Source: Candidatus Peribacteria bacterium
GTDB taxonomy: Bacteria; Patescibacteriota; Gracilibacteria; Peribacterales; Peribacteraceae
Length of the DNA: 64,000 nucleotides
Assembly (NCBI GenBank): GCA_041691135.1
Contig: JBEPVF010000004.1
Coordinates: 29,833 to 93,832, forward strand
Direction of reading: 5' to 3'
Shown in pieces: positions 24,852-34,055 of the stretch (position 1 is its first letter; each line of letters begins with the position of its first letter). Under the pieces are notes generated by a model that worked only from the letters and a program-made list of their open reading frames with translations, did no database searches and was not told the origin of the DNA. A program made the position numbers and the translations under genes.

Positions 24852-25811
24852 TTAGTATGAGTCACTGCTGATGACCTCCGCTCCGTTTCGTGTAGCCAAA
24901 GCCCACCACGCCTGGGGGCTGACCGAGTCTTTGATAAAACGAACTGAGCCGTCGACGACCAACACGTTGACTCCACCAGAGTGATTGGCGCTAGGCCCGT
25001 CGAACTCTTCCATGATATTCCATTGTGCTCCGTTGTTGACACAGCCCGGCTCGTCGGAGTTGGGCGTCCGGACAAAGTTGACAAGCAAATTGTTATAATT
25101 GCCCGTCAACTGGATCCCCTGGAGGATCGTGCTTGACGAATTCTTGCAAGCGACCCCTGCTGCAAACGTGCCCATTGGCACGGTCACTTGGACGGTCTTG
25201 CCTTTCTTGCTGCCGCCTGGGCCCATCAACCTCTCACTGAACATTGCTGTATTACTACTTCCGTCGGTGATGTCGGCGAGCCGAACGGTGAATCCATGGC
25301 CGAACATTCCATTGGGAATTCGGCCATCGTTCTCGAAGACGCTCTCAAACGGGCCGGAGCCCGTAATTCCACGGTAGCTGTTGATGCCTTGTGTGTATCC
25401 ATCCGAAGGACACACGAAGACATTCAGTTTCGTGTGACGGACGGTGGCATTGCCGTCGGGGGCGCCGTTGCACCCACCTTGTATCTCGAAAGTCGGCAAG
25501 CTGAAGTTCCAAGCGTTCATAAGATTAATTTGCTCCAGATGAGCCAGCATCAGTGCATGCTGATGCGCAATCTGGTAGCCAGGGGCCGTGCCGCACCTCA
25601 TGTCGATGCTCCCGCTTGGGATGCATCCAATAGTGTCGTGGTAGCCTTGGAGTGCAAGGCCGATTTGCTTGAGATTGTTAGTGCACTGGATCCGCCGTGC
25701 CGCCTCTCTGGCAGCTTGGACCGCAGGCAAGAGCAGCGCGATCAAGACCGCAATGATTGCGATCACGACCAACAGCTCAATGAGTGTGAAACCTCTGCGG
25801 AGGGCATTCAT
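24852..25811 (-). CDS. DUF1559 (H-X9-DG) pilin-like protein with prepilin N-terminus
   Basis: [54 protein letters not shown] plus a C-terminal [17 protein letters not shown] (H-x9-DG). Confidence 0.85.
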   Translation of the reverse strand: MNALRRGFTLIELLVVIAIIAVLIALLLPAVQAAREAARRIQCTNNLKQIGLALQGYHDTIGCIPSGSIDMRCGTAPGYQIAHQHALMLAHLEQINLMNAWNFSLPTFEIQGGCNGAPDGNATVRHTKLNVFVCPSDGYTQGINSYRGITGSGPFESVFENDGRIPNGMFGHGFTVRLADITDGSSNTAMFSERLMGPGGSKKGKTVQVTVPMGTFAAGVACKNSSSTILQGIQLTGNYNNLLVNFVRTPNSDEPGCVNNGAQWNIMEEFDGPSANHSGGVNVLVVDGSVRFIKDSVSPQAWWALATRNGAEVISSDSY

Positions 25812-26024
25812 CGACTCACCTCACTTGTAAAAGCCAGCAAACGATCAAATTTTGTCCGTCGACTAACGGGGGACGAGGGCGAACTTCCTTTACTAGCCAA
25901 GATGGTGTAAATGAGCATCCTTGCCCGTACGTACGTCTATATTCCTTGACAAAGATGACGGACGAGTAAAGTTTACTTTACTGAATTTCCTTAAAAAAGC
26001 AATGAAAAATCATTTTAGGAGATA

Positions 26025-26585
26025 TTAACCAATATTGCCTCCCATACCACCCCCAACTGACGAACTCTGACTACTATTCGAGCTGCTCTGCGAGCTACTA
26101 CTGCTTGAGCTCGATGAATTACTCGAACTCGACGAACCGCAATTTGGCGCCAATGCGCCTCCGGCCGTGCAGCACTGCACTTCGTCCCACGTGCTGATTG
26201 ATGTTTTGGGGAACACGCGCGATAGATACACCTGTTGCAAACGCTGACTGCCGTTACGACTGAAGCCCTGAACACAGATGGTGCGGTCGAAGTTGCTGCC
26301 GACCGTGCCGCCGACGTTGTAGATTTTGCAGGTGCCGAATGGTTGGGTATCGGAGATTGTTTCGTTGCCGGCGTACGACAAATCCAATTGCAACTTGTGC
26401 ACGGCCCGCTCCACGCAAGTGCTGGCCAGTTCCCCCGACTGTGCGCTCTGCACATGCAACTCGCCATTCTGCTCCGCCGTCCAACCCAATAAAAGAAGCG
26501 TCACCGATGCGGCGGCAGCGATTGTCCCGATCACCAGCATGCTGACCAGAAAGACGTAGCCGTTGCGGAGAGCGAAGCGAAGCAT
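26025..26585 (-). CDS. PilX/GspK-like minor pseudopilin lacking Glu5, with poly-Ser tail
   Basis: N-terminal RNGYVFLVSMLVIGTIAAAAS helix and a small globular part with Cys pairs. The C-terminus is SSSSSNSSSSSSSSSQSSSNSSQSSS. The gene abuts the next gene with a 2-nt gap. Confidence 0.55.
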   Translation of the reverse strand: MLRFALRNGYVFLVSMLVIGTIAAAASVTLLLLGWTAEQNGELHVQSAQSGELASTCVERAVHKLQLDLSYAGNETISDTQPFGTCKIYNVGGTVGSNFDRTICVQGFSRNGSQRLQQVYLSRVFPKTSISTWDEVQCCTAGGALAPNCGSSSSSNSSSSSSSSSQSSSNSSQSSSVGGGMGGNIG

Positions 26586-26587
26586 GG

Positions 26588-28510
26588 TTAGAGAGTACAG
26601 GCATCGGAACCGCCGCCGGAGTGAATGACGACGACATTGGTGCTGGTGACTGCGAGTATGTTGTCGTGAAGCGGATCGTACTGCATCGAGATAAGGGGAG
26701 CGCCGGCGTTCAATGTGCCGTGCACGGTAAGAGTCGATGTGCCGGCATCAATCAGCTGAAGTTGTTGATTGGCTTTATCGGTGCCGATCGCCGGATAACA
26801 TCCGACAACGTTGTTGATGGTATTCACCACTCCTGCGATATCACGGCTTCTGAGGAACGAACTGTCGGGTGGTACCAGACCACCGCTGGTATCAATCTCC
26901 CACAGTTCATCGTACGAACCGCCTTGTACGAGCCCGACGAATACAGAGTTGCCGAATGTTGTAATCGATTTGGCGGTGCCGGGCAGAGGCCAACCCGCTT
27001 GAGGCGACTGGAAGCGCGGCGCCGAATCGTCATCGAAATTGAGAACTGCGTACTGGCCGTTGACCGTATCGCCTGAAGCGATCAGCACATTATTGTCGGA
27101 CAGAACCATATCGTTCACATCGCCGAACATCTGGGTGCCACTGACGAGAGCACCGTTCCGCACAAACCATACTTCGTACGGATCAGGCGGCGGCGTACCG
27201 TCGACGAGTTCGCAACGATGGGGCTGAAGCGAAAGATCGCAAATGACGCCGGAGCAGCAGTCCGCATCCGTCAGACAGAAGAAGCCTGCTTGGGCACAGC
27301 TGCTGATGGCGGAAGATGATGACGAACTGGCCACACTGCTGGAAGCGGGTGATGAACTATTGGATGAACTGCTGGATGATGATGAAGGTGAAGAAGAGGA
27401 AGAAGAAGTCGACGAAGGGCTGGAGAAGGCCGACGCCAACGACATCAGTGACATCGAGGAAGTGGAAGAGTACGGCAACGCCATTGATAGCGACGAAGAG
27501 GAAGTCGATGGCATGCTGAACTGGGCTTCCGCCTGTGGCACCAAAAGTGACATTAAATCCCAGCGTGTCGGCGCTGAACTCATGATTGATCCCTCGAATG
27601 CCAGCGGCTGGAGCGGCGATACAGCCGCAATGTAGTTGATGCGGTATGTTGAACCGATAATGACCGTATCCGCACCCACGCCGTTCTCCTGCACGACAAT
27701 CGAGATTGCATGAACACCATTGCCGCTGAAATCATAGTACGTCGAGCAGGAGACGCCGGCCGACGGATTGCTGATATCACACTGCAGGATGGTTGATTTG
27801 CCGGTCGCTGCTGCGTTGCCCACGACATACAATTTGTTATTGCTTCCCAACGCCATTGCCCCGCCGACCAATCCGCCGGGCAGCGCCGGGGAAGCCACCA
27901 ATGTAGGGGGCGTCGTGGTGATGTTCAGTACATACAGACCGGGACCACCTCCGGAGGTAACATACGCATTGTTGCCAGAGACAACCACATCCTGCAACGG
28001 ACCGGTAAGAGACAGCGCATTGGGAATGACGGCCGGCGACGCCCAGTTGCCAAAACTGGTCGCCTGCTCCCAGTCGGTAAACTCTGTCATAACCTGCACT
28101 TGCTCGGCACGATCCACGCCGTGATGCCATTTAGTGGTGGCAGTAACACGAACACGATCGGAAGCAATCGTTCGGTCGATGAACACATTGGTCGTGTAAC
28201 CCTCGGCATCAGCTGCAATCGTGGAACTCAGTGCCCATGTCTTCGTCGCCGGATTGATCTCCACGGCCCACGTCCCTTGCGTCAAAGCTGCTGTACCTGA
28301 TGCATCACGGATGCTGCGGACACGCTCAATGGCCTCACCCGCCAAATAACTGGCGTGCGTGCGATCACTGCCTTCTACCGTACTCTTCTGTCCGTTGATG
28401 AGGACGTAGCTGACACTGCCGAGAAAAATTGCCATCACCATCACACCCACCAGAATTTCCAGCAGGAGGAATCCGTTGCGTTGCCGTAGAGTAAAGCGGG
28501 GGGCTGGCAC
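26588..28510 (-). CDS. large (640 aa) pseudopilin fused to LVIVD-like beta-propeller repeats, a Ser-rich linker and a Cys-knot module
   Basis: N-terminus RNG|FLLLEILVGVMVMAIFLG (prepilin-like with Glu5). Repeats of the type VVVSGNNAYVTSGGGPGLYVLNITTTPP. A ~65-aa Ser tract, then CAQAGFFCLTDADCCSGVICDLSLQPHRC. Confidence 0.7.
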   Translation of the reverse strand: MPAPRFTLRQRNGFLLLEILVGVMVMAIFLGSVSYVLINGQKSTVEGSDRTHASYLAGEAIERVRSIRDASGTAALTQGTWAVEINPATKTWALSSTIAADAEGYTTNVFIDRTIASDRVRVTATTKWHHGVDRAEQVQVMTEFTDWEQATSFGNWASPAVIPNALSLTGPLQDVVVSGNNAYVTSGGGPGLYVLNITTTPPTLVASPALPGGLVGGAMALGSNNKLYVVGNAAATGKSTILQCDISNPSAGVSCSTYYDFSGNGVHAISIVVQENGVGADTVIIGSTYRINYIAAVSPLQPLAFEGSIMSSAPTRWDLMSLLVPQAEAQFSMPSTSSSSLSMALPYSSTSSMSLMSLASAFSSPSSTSSSSSSPSSSSSSSSNSSSPASSSVASSSSSSAISSCAQAGFFCLTDADCCSGVICDLSLQPHRCELVDGTPPPDPYEVWFVRNGALVSGTQMFGDVNDMVLSDNNVLIASGDTVNGQYAVLNFDDDSAPRFQSPQAGWPLPGTAKSITTFGNSVFVGLVQGGSYDELWEIDTSGGLVPPDSSFLRSRDIAGVVNTINNVVGCYPAIGTDKANQQLQLIDAGTSTLTVHGTLNAGAPLISMQYDPLHDNILAVTSTNVVVIHSGGGSDACTL

Positions 28511-28640
28511 TCAGTCGGAGAGTATCGACGTGTTCGCCGCGGAAAGGGATTGATTTTCAATGCATCAATTGCCTAGTGTACTTGTGATACACACAAAATA
28601 AAAAAGCCGCAACAGTCCAGACTTCATCTGTTTCGCACGC

Positions 28641-29051
28641 TCAGTAGTTCTGGGCAATCGTGACGTGCGCCGATCGGTCGTATGTGGTGAATATCATATC
28701 GCCGGTCACGCTCGGTTGGCCGGTGATCCGGTCAAACACGACCACCTGGATGCCGCTGGCCTGAATCGTATCGGGCATGTGGTATAACTCGTCAAAGTAC
28801 GGATTACGGGCATTGTAAGATGTACCGCGGAACAGCACGCCACTGGCCGAGAATCCCCACGCATCCGCATTCTGCCCGGACTGCGCCAACAGCCGCGCCC
28901 GCTCAATGCCCTGGCTGGCCAATTGCACGGCATTCGCCAAGTCCGACCGCAAAAGATACTGCGTATAAATAGGGACCGACATCGTCACGAGAATAACGAG
29001 AATCGCCACAATGATCAGAATTTCCAAAAGTGTGAAACCACGACGGTGCAT
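28641..29051 (-). CDS. GspH/FimT-like minor pseudopilin
   Basis: MHRRG|FTLLEILIIVAILVILVTMSVPIY..LRSDLANAVQLASQGIERAR is typical of the GspH/FimT family. ATG at 29051; the track ORF adds 32 residues. Confidence 0.7.
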   Translation of the reverse strand: MHRRGFTLLEILIIVAILVILVTMSVPIYTQYLLRSDLANAVQLASQGIERARLLAQSGQNADAWGFSASGVLFRGTSYNARNPYFDELYHMPDTIQASGIQVVVFDRITGQPSVTGDMIFTTYDRSAHVTIAQNY

Positions 29052-29147
29052 GGAAGGCAGTGTATCAAGAGAAGAAGAGCGAAGCGAATGAGAGAAAATT
29101 CCCACTGCCACAGTGGTTTCTGATAGTTGGCTTCTGGTTTTTTTCAA

Positions 29148-32100
29148 CTAGGTTTTCCCCACTGATCCGACCACGCTGTAGATCGGCACGATGATGGCGA
29201 TGGCGATAGTTCCGACGAGTCCGCCGATGAACAATAGAAGCATCGGCTCCAGAATCACCGGCAGCTTTTGTGCCGTGTCATTGGCTTTCTTCTGATAAAT
29301 ATCGGCGATTTTGAGCATGATCTTCGAGAGAGATCCCGATTTTTCGCCGGTCATCACCAGCTGCTGCACCGAGATAGGCAGTAGTCCGTTACTGCCGTGG
29401 ATGAGCTCGAAACTCTTGCCGAACGAATCACCCTGGTTGAGATGCTCGAGCAGACGGAAGTAGAAATTCCGATACGCAACGATGGGCGTCACTTCGGCCA
29501 GTGAGTTCACCGCTTCGATCAAGGGCACGCCCGCTTCGAGCAGACTGCCCAATATCACACCGAAACGAGCAATCGTCGCCTCGCGGGCCAGACGGCCGAT
29601 ACCCGGAACTCGGAATTCCATCCACTGGAATACTACTTTGAGCGGTGTAAATTTGGCCAGGATAACGATCAAAATCGCGCCTCCAATGGTACCCGGCACT
29701 ACAATAGCCGCGTACTGTGTAAATCCATTGGTAAAGGCAACCAGAAGACGTGTGACTAGCGGCAATTTCACATTGAGTGAGAACAGCACACCAATGAGGT
29801 TTGGCAGCACGAACAGACCCAGACCCATCACGATAATGAACATGAGGACGATAACGATGGCTGGATAGATCATCGCCATTTTGATTTTGCCTTTCAGGTC
29901 ATTGTCTTTCTCTTCCTGGTCGGCAAGATGTTCCATGTTTTGGGCCAGGTTACCGGCTTCCTCTCCGATGCGGATGAGCGATATGGCCTGCGGCGAAAAG
30001 AAGTGCTGCGCCTGGAGAGCCCGCCACAATGCACTGCCGCTCTCCACAGCTTCGACGACATTCTGAAGCATTTTCTTGAGCGGCCGCGGACGCGTTTCGC
30101 GCTGCAGCGTATGCAACGCATCGATCAGCGTCAGGCCGGCATTGAGCATGGTCGACAGGTTCTGAATCAGGTTGGTCCGCTCTTTGCCGAGTCCCAGGAA
30201 TTTGATGGCACCCATCAAATCGCGCAGACCTCCTTCTTTGACATGCAGAATGTCGAGGCGCTTCTTCACATTCTGTGTAATCTTCTGCGACTCAGGCGCC
30301 ACTGGCGCCTTCACCTCCGTCGATGCTTTGCGAAGATTACTCGTCGGTTGCTGCATCGCCTGCATGGCGGCTTTCTGCTCGTCCATCACTTCTTCGAGAG
30401 CCGTGGGATTGCGGATACTTTCGAGGTGCGAACTCGTCGAGAGGATTTTGCCGGGACTTTCAGCCGGTGCATCGGTCCCTGCGGCAGATTGTTCTGCGGT
30501 CCCCTGATCGGCCTGAGGTTGTGGCAATTCCGATGTCATCACAATCTGTCCCGGCTCCTGCGCGAAAGCCGAGCGGCTTCCGGCACTCGCCGTCTGCTGC
30601 TGAGGAGCTTGGCCCGAAGGAAAGAAGGTGGGGAAATTGCTGTTGAGGAACGAATGTAGCCGCATGCGAGCAGAACGCGTTTTGAGCTGACGCAACAGTT
30701 CCATGCTCAGTTCATCATCCGCTATATCCGCATCGGCAGCACCAGTGGATGCCGATTTTTTGCCTGGGAACAGTGTCGGAAGATATTTATGTAGCGCCGA
30801 ACGTGCACTGGCGGCACTTTGCCGGGACGCCGCGGGCTGCGATTCTTTTTTCTCGATCGAGCGAACGCGCGTCAGGTTGCTTGTGGCAGGGGTCGATAAT
30901 TCCTGTTGCACAGCGGATTTCTTCCGGAATAGGCGCTGCATGAAGCCCCGTTTTTCGATACCTTCTGGCGTCTTGTTTGCTGCGAATGGCGAGTCGGCGT
31001 CGAAGAACTTCGGTGCCTCTTGTGATGGCACCGTCTGCTCATTTGCAGACATTGGTTCGGTGGTTTTCGGCTGTGCCACGGGCGTCAGGTTCGACGTCAT
31101 CGACATGGCGGGACCGTTCGCTTCTGTTTGTGAATCACTCGCGGCGACCGAACTATGCGAGCGATGCAACAGTGATCGCAATCGACCGAACATTCCGGCG
31201 GACGGGGCGGGCGGAGCCTGTGTTCTAACGAGTGCCGATGCGGGGACCAGCGGTGCGTTCGCAAGCGGTGCATCACCGCGCGAAGGCATGGGAGCCGAAG
31301 CAGCAGGAGTCGTGCCAATCGGCATATCATCCTCCAGCGTTTCTTTGTCTACGTCGGACGAAAAGGTTGGTGCATTCGACGAAGCCGGTTCGGGCGGGGC
31401 CTGATCAGTGGACGAGAGCACAATAAAGTTACTTTCAAGATTCGGCGGAGCACCTACCGCCAGATCGTTTTGGGTGACCGGTGTCGGCGTCTCATTCTTC
31501 TGCTTTTTTGCGAAAAAATGAGCAAACAATCCCGGCTTCGGGAGAGACGGTACGGCAGTTGGTGCGACGGCCCGAGGGATGCGTGGCGACAAACGCGACA
31601 GAAGTCCGCCGAAAAGCGATGCGCGCTTGACGGGAGCGGACGGAATCGACGCTTCGACTTCAGTCTGAATCGCTTCGGCCAGCGCGGAATCCGACGCCAT
31701 AGTAGGTTCTTGCGCTACGGGTACAGAAACTGATCGGTTCTTATGTGATTTCACCGCAGCGGGAGCAGCTGCCGGAGATACCGGCTCTTCGGCCAATACC
31801 GACGGCGGAGCAGCTACTACCGGCGAGGTATCCTGACCGATTTCAACCGGAACAGATGTCCTGGCGGCAGGCACTTCGGGCCGAGCGCGTGATAGACCCA
31901 ACAGGCGAAGCAAACCGCTTTTGCGTTTTTGATGAGCAGAGGATGCGTGCGTCGTCAGTGTCTCTAATTTTCCCTTTTCTTTCACGGTCAGTGATCGGTG
32001 AAGTTCCTGAAGAAACTGTGATACTTCCGGATCGAGATTTTTGAGTGGCGCGGAAGCGTTTGCATCATGCGAAGAACGTCGTTCGGCATGACCGTGACGG

Positions 32101-32192
32101 CTCGTCTGATCCTGGTGTTGGGACGAAATATCCGCGCGGTTGCGCGGCCTCTGATGGTGCCTGCTGTTGAAAGGTTTATTTTTTCTGGCCAT
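29148..32192 (-). CDS. pilC: type IV pilus platform protein PilC/GspF with ~610-aa low-complexity N-terminal extension
   Basis: Residues ~615-1014 contain two T2SSF repeats with three TM helices (NLSTMLNAGLTLIDAL..., FGVILGSLLEAGVPLIEAV..., LEPMLLLFIGGLVGTIAIAIIVPIY). The upstream 610 codons are open, S/P/A/T/Q-rich, and start at an ATG overlapping the pilB stop. Confidence 0.8.
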   Translation of the reverse strand: MARKNKPFNSRHHQRPRNRADISSQHQDQTSRHGHAERRSSHDANASAPLKNLDPEVSQFLQELHRSLTVKEKGKLETLTTHASSAHQKRKSGLLRLLGLSRARPEVPAARTSVPVEIGQDTSPVVAAPPSVLAEEPVSPAAAPAAVKSHKNRSVSVPVAQEPTMASDSALAEAIQTEVEASIPSAPVKRASLFGGLLSRLSPRIPRAVAPTAVPSLPKPGLFAHFFAKKQKNETPTPVTQNDLAVGAPPNLESNFIVLSSTDQAPPEPASSNAPTFSSDVDKETLEDDMPIGTTPAASAPMPSRGDAPLANAPLVPASALVRTQAPPAPSAGMFGRLRSLLHRSHSSVAASDSQTEANGPAMSMTSNLTPVAQPKTTEPMSANEQTVPSQEAPKFFDADSPFAANKTPEGIEKRGFMQRLFRKKSAVQQELSTPATSNLTRVRSIEKKESQPAASRQSAASARSALHKYLPTLFPGKKSASTGAADADIADDELSMELLRQLKTRSARMRLHSFLNSNFPTFFPSGQAPQQQTASAGSRSAFAQEPGQIVMTSELPQPQADQGTAEQSAAGTDAPAESPGKILSTSSHLESIRNPTALEEVMDEQKAAMQAMQQPTSNLRKASTEVKAPVAPESQKITQNVKKRLDILHVKEGGLRDLMGAIKFLGLGKERTNLIQNLSTMLNAGLTLIDALHTLQRETRPRPLKKMLQNVVEAVESGSALWRALQAQHFFSPQAISLIRIGEEAGNLAQNMEHLADQEEKDNDLKGKIKMAMIYPAIVIVLMFIIVMGLGLFVLPNLIGVLFSLNVKLPLVTRLLVAFTNGFTQYAAIVVPGTIGGAILIVILAKFTPLKVVFQWMEFRVPGIGRLAREATIARFGVILGSLLEAGVPLIEAVNSLAEVTPIVAYRNFYFRLLEHLNQGDSFGKSFELIHGSNGLLPISVQQLVMTGEKSGSLSKIMLKIADIYQKKANDTAQKLPVILEPMLLLFIGGLVGTIAIAIIVPIYSVVGSVGKT

Positions 32193-33981
32193 GGGTCATG
32201 GTGACAAGAAGTTCGGGTGGAGCAGCGACACGCATGAGCTCCTCAATGGTGGTCATGCCTGACTTCACTTTATCGAATCCATCGTCGAACAGGTTCTTGA
32301 GTCCCTGCTTGCGGGCGAGGTTGTTCAAATCGGTTGCCGACGCTCGGGAAATGATGAGCTGTTCCATTTCGGGCGTAATGACGAGCAGTTCGTAGATACC
32401 GACGCGTCCGCGATAGCCGGTGCCTCCGCATGAATCACATCCCTTTCCTCTGTACAAACGTACCGTATCTTTTTCAGTGAAATATGCATCCGCACCCGGG
32501 AAGAGTTTGTGAGCATCGGCAACCGAAATCGAGTAACTGAAGCGACACTGCGAACAGATGCGGCGGATCAGACGTTGGCCGATCACCACTTCCAGTGTGG
32601 AGGCAAGCAGGAACGGTTCGACCCCCATTTCGAGCAAGCGCGGCACGGCGGTGGCCGCGTCGTTGGCATGGAGCGTGGAGAACAGAAGGTGTCCGGTGAG
32701 CGCGGCGTTCACTGAAATGGCTGCCGTTTCTCCGTCACGAATTTCTCCGACCAGAATGATGTTCGGGTCTTGGCGCACCAGAGCGCGCAAACCTTTGGCG
32801 AATGTGAGGTCGGTATCGGGATTCACTTGGATATGGTTGATACCGGGAATTTTGTATTCCACCGGATCTTCGATGGTGGAAATATTTACATCGGGGTGAT
32901 TGCGCATTTTGAGCAGCGCATACAAAGTCGTCGATTTTCCAGAACCGGTTGGTCCGGTCGTCAGGATCATGCCGAACGGCTTGTGAGCGACACGCTCCAG
33001 CACAGCCCGGTATTCCTCAGAGAAGCCCAAATCCTGCAACGTGAGCGTACGTACGTATTCTGACAAAAGACGAAGCACAATTTTCTCGCCGTCCACGACC
33101 GGCACGATCGAGACACGGATGTCCATCGTATTGCCGTTCGGGGTTTCGTAACGAATGGCACCGTCTTGTGCAGCATAATGCTCGTCGATCTTCATGTTGC
33201 CAGCGATCTTGATGCGGTTGACGACTCCTTCGTAGTACTCCTTTGGAATGCGTCCCGCTTCGTGCATCACGCCGTCCACGCGGAAGCGGACGATGATGAT
33301 TTTCTCCTGCGGTTCGAAGTGGATGTCTGATGCGCGCAATTCGATGGCGTCATTGAAAATTTCTTCGATGATTTCGGGCGCCACTTTGCGCTGCTGATCG
33401 ATGATCGCCTGGAAACGTGTGGCGAGCGGTTTGCGGTAGTGCACGAACAGTGAGTCGACGACGTTCTTCGGCGCATAGATGAACTGAATGGCGCCCATCC
33501 ACTTGGCACGCTCCTGCTTTTTGGCAGTCGAGAACGAGAACGATGATTTTTCTTTCTTCGTATCCTTCTTGCGCTTCGCCTCTTCTTCTTCAGCCGGATA
33601 CTCAGGCAACGTCTGATCGACATTCAGACGCATCGCTTCCTCAAGCAACGGATTTCCCGGATCGGCCGTGGCGATGGAGATCTGATCCGGTGACGGACGA
33701 GCGACAATGATGGCGCTGTACGCACGTGCAATTTCTTCGGGCATCATTCCCACCAGTTCCGATGACGGCGGCGTGGAGTGGATGTTGAAGAACGGCAGAC
33801 CGTAGTATTCGGCCAGCGCGCTTTCGAACAGTTCCTGCGACAGCAAGCCCTGTTCCAGCAGCACGTTCTTCAGCGGCACTTTGCGTTCCTGCGCTTGCTC
33901 ATTGGCATGCTGAAATTCCTCTTCGCTCAGGTAACTTTGTTCGACGAGTATTTTGCCGAGTTCGGTATCCTGGAGTGACAT
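32176..33981 (-). CDS. pilB: type IV pilus assembly ATPase PilB/GspE
   Basis: T2SSE_N domain, Walker A GPTGSGKST, Walker B ILVGEIRD, His box TGHLLFSTLHAND and tetracysteine CSQC...CDSCGGTGYRGR. Confidence 0.95.
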   Translation of the reverse strand: MSLQDTELGKILVEQSYLSEEEFQHANEQAQERKVPLKNVLLEQGLLSQELFESALAEYYGLPFFNIHSTPPSSELVGMMPEEIARAYSAIIVARPSPDQISIATADPGNPLLEEAMRLNVDQTLPEYPAEEEEAKRKKDTKKEKSSFSFSTAKKQERAKWMGAIQFIYAPKNVVDSLFVHYRKPLATRFQAIIDQQRKVAPEIIEEIFNDAIELRASDIHFEPQEKIIIVRFRVDGVMHEAGRIPKEYYEGVVNRIKIAGNMKIDEHYAAQDGAIRYETPNGNTMDIRVSIVPVVDGEKIVLRLLSEYVRTLTLQDLGFSEEYRAVLERVAHKPFGMILTTGPTGSGKSTTLYALLKMRNHPDVNISTIEDPVEYKIPGINHIQVNPDTDLTFAKGLRALVRQDPNIILVGEIRDGETAAISVNAALTGHLLFSTLHANDAATAVPRLLEMGVEPFLLASTLEVVIGQRLIRRICSQCRFSYSISVADAHKLFPGADAYFTEKDTVRLYRGKGCDSCGGTGYRGRVGIYELLVITPEMEQLIISRASATDLNNLARKQGLKNLFDDGFDKVKSGMTTIEELMRVAAPPELLVTMTHGQKK

Positions 33982-34055
33982 GTGAGTGTGTGTATTAAGG
34001 AGGGAATTCCGTTTTAGCCCTGGTGTGGTAATTGGTTTTTAAGTTTTGGTAATTC

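Noticed and set aside
27243-27520. Repetitive GAAGA/GATGA-rich DNA (and 26040-26140) that could be mistaken for a tandem-repeat or CRISPR-like array
   Set aside because: These are the reverse complements of Ser-codon runs (TCN/AGC) inside the two Ser-rich pseudopilin genes. There is no repeat-spacer periodicity.
29928-31404. Plus-strand ORFs of 243 aa and 233 aa opposite pilC
   Set aside because: They are shadow ORFs opposite pilC. The first lies opposite the well-supported T2SSF core and the start of the extension, and the second lies opposite the S/P/A-rich extension. Their existence does show that composition alone keeps frames open here, which is why the PilC extension is flagged for verification.
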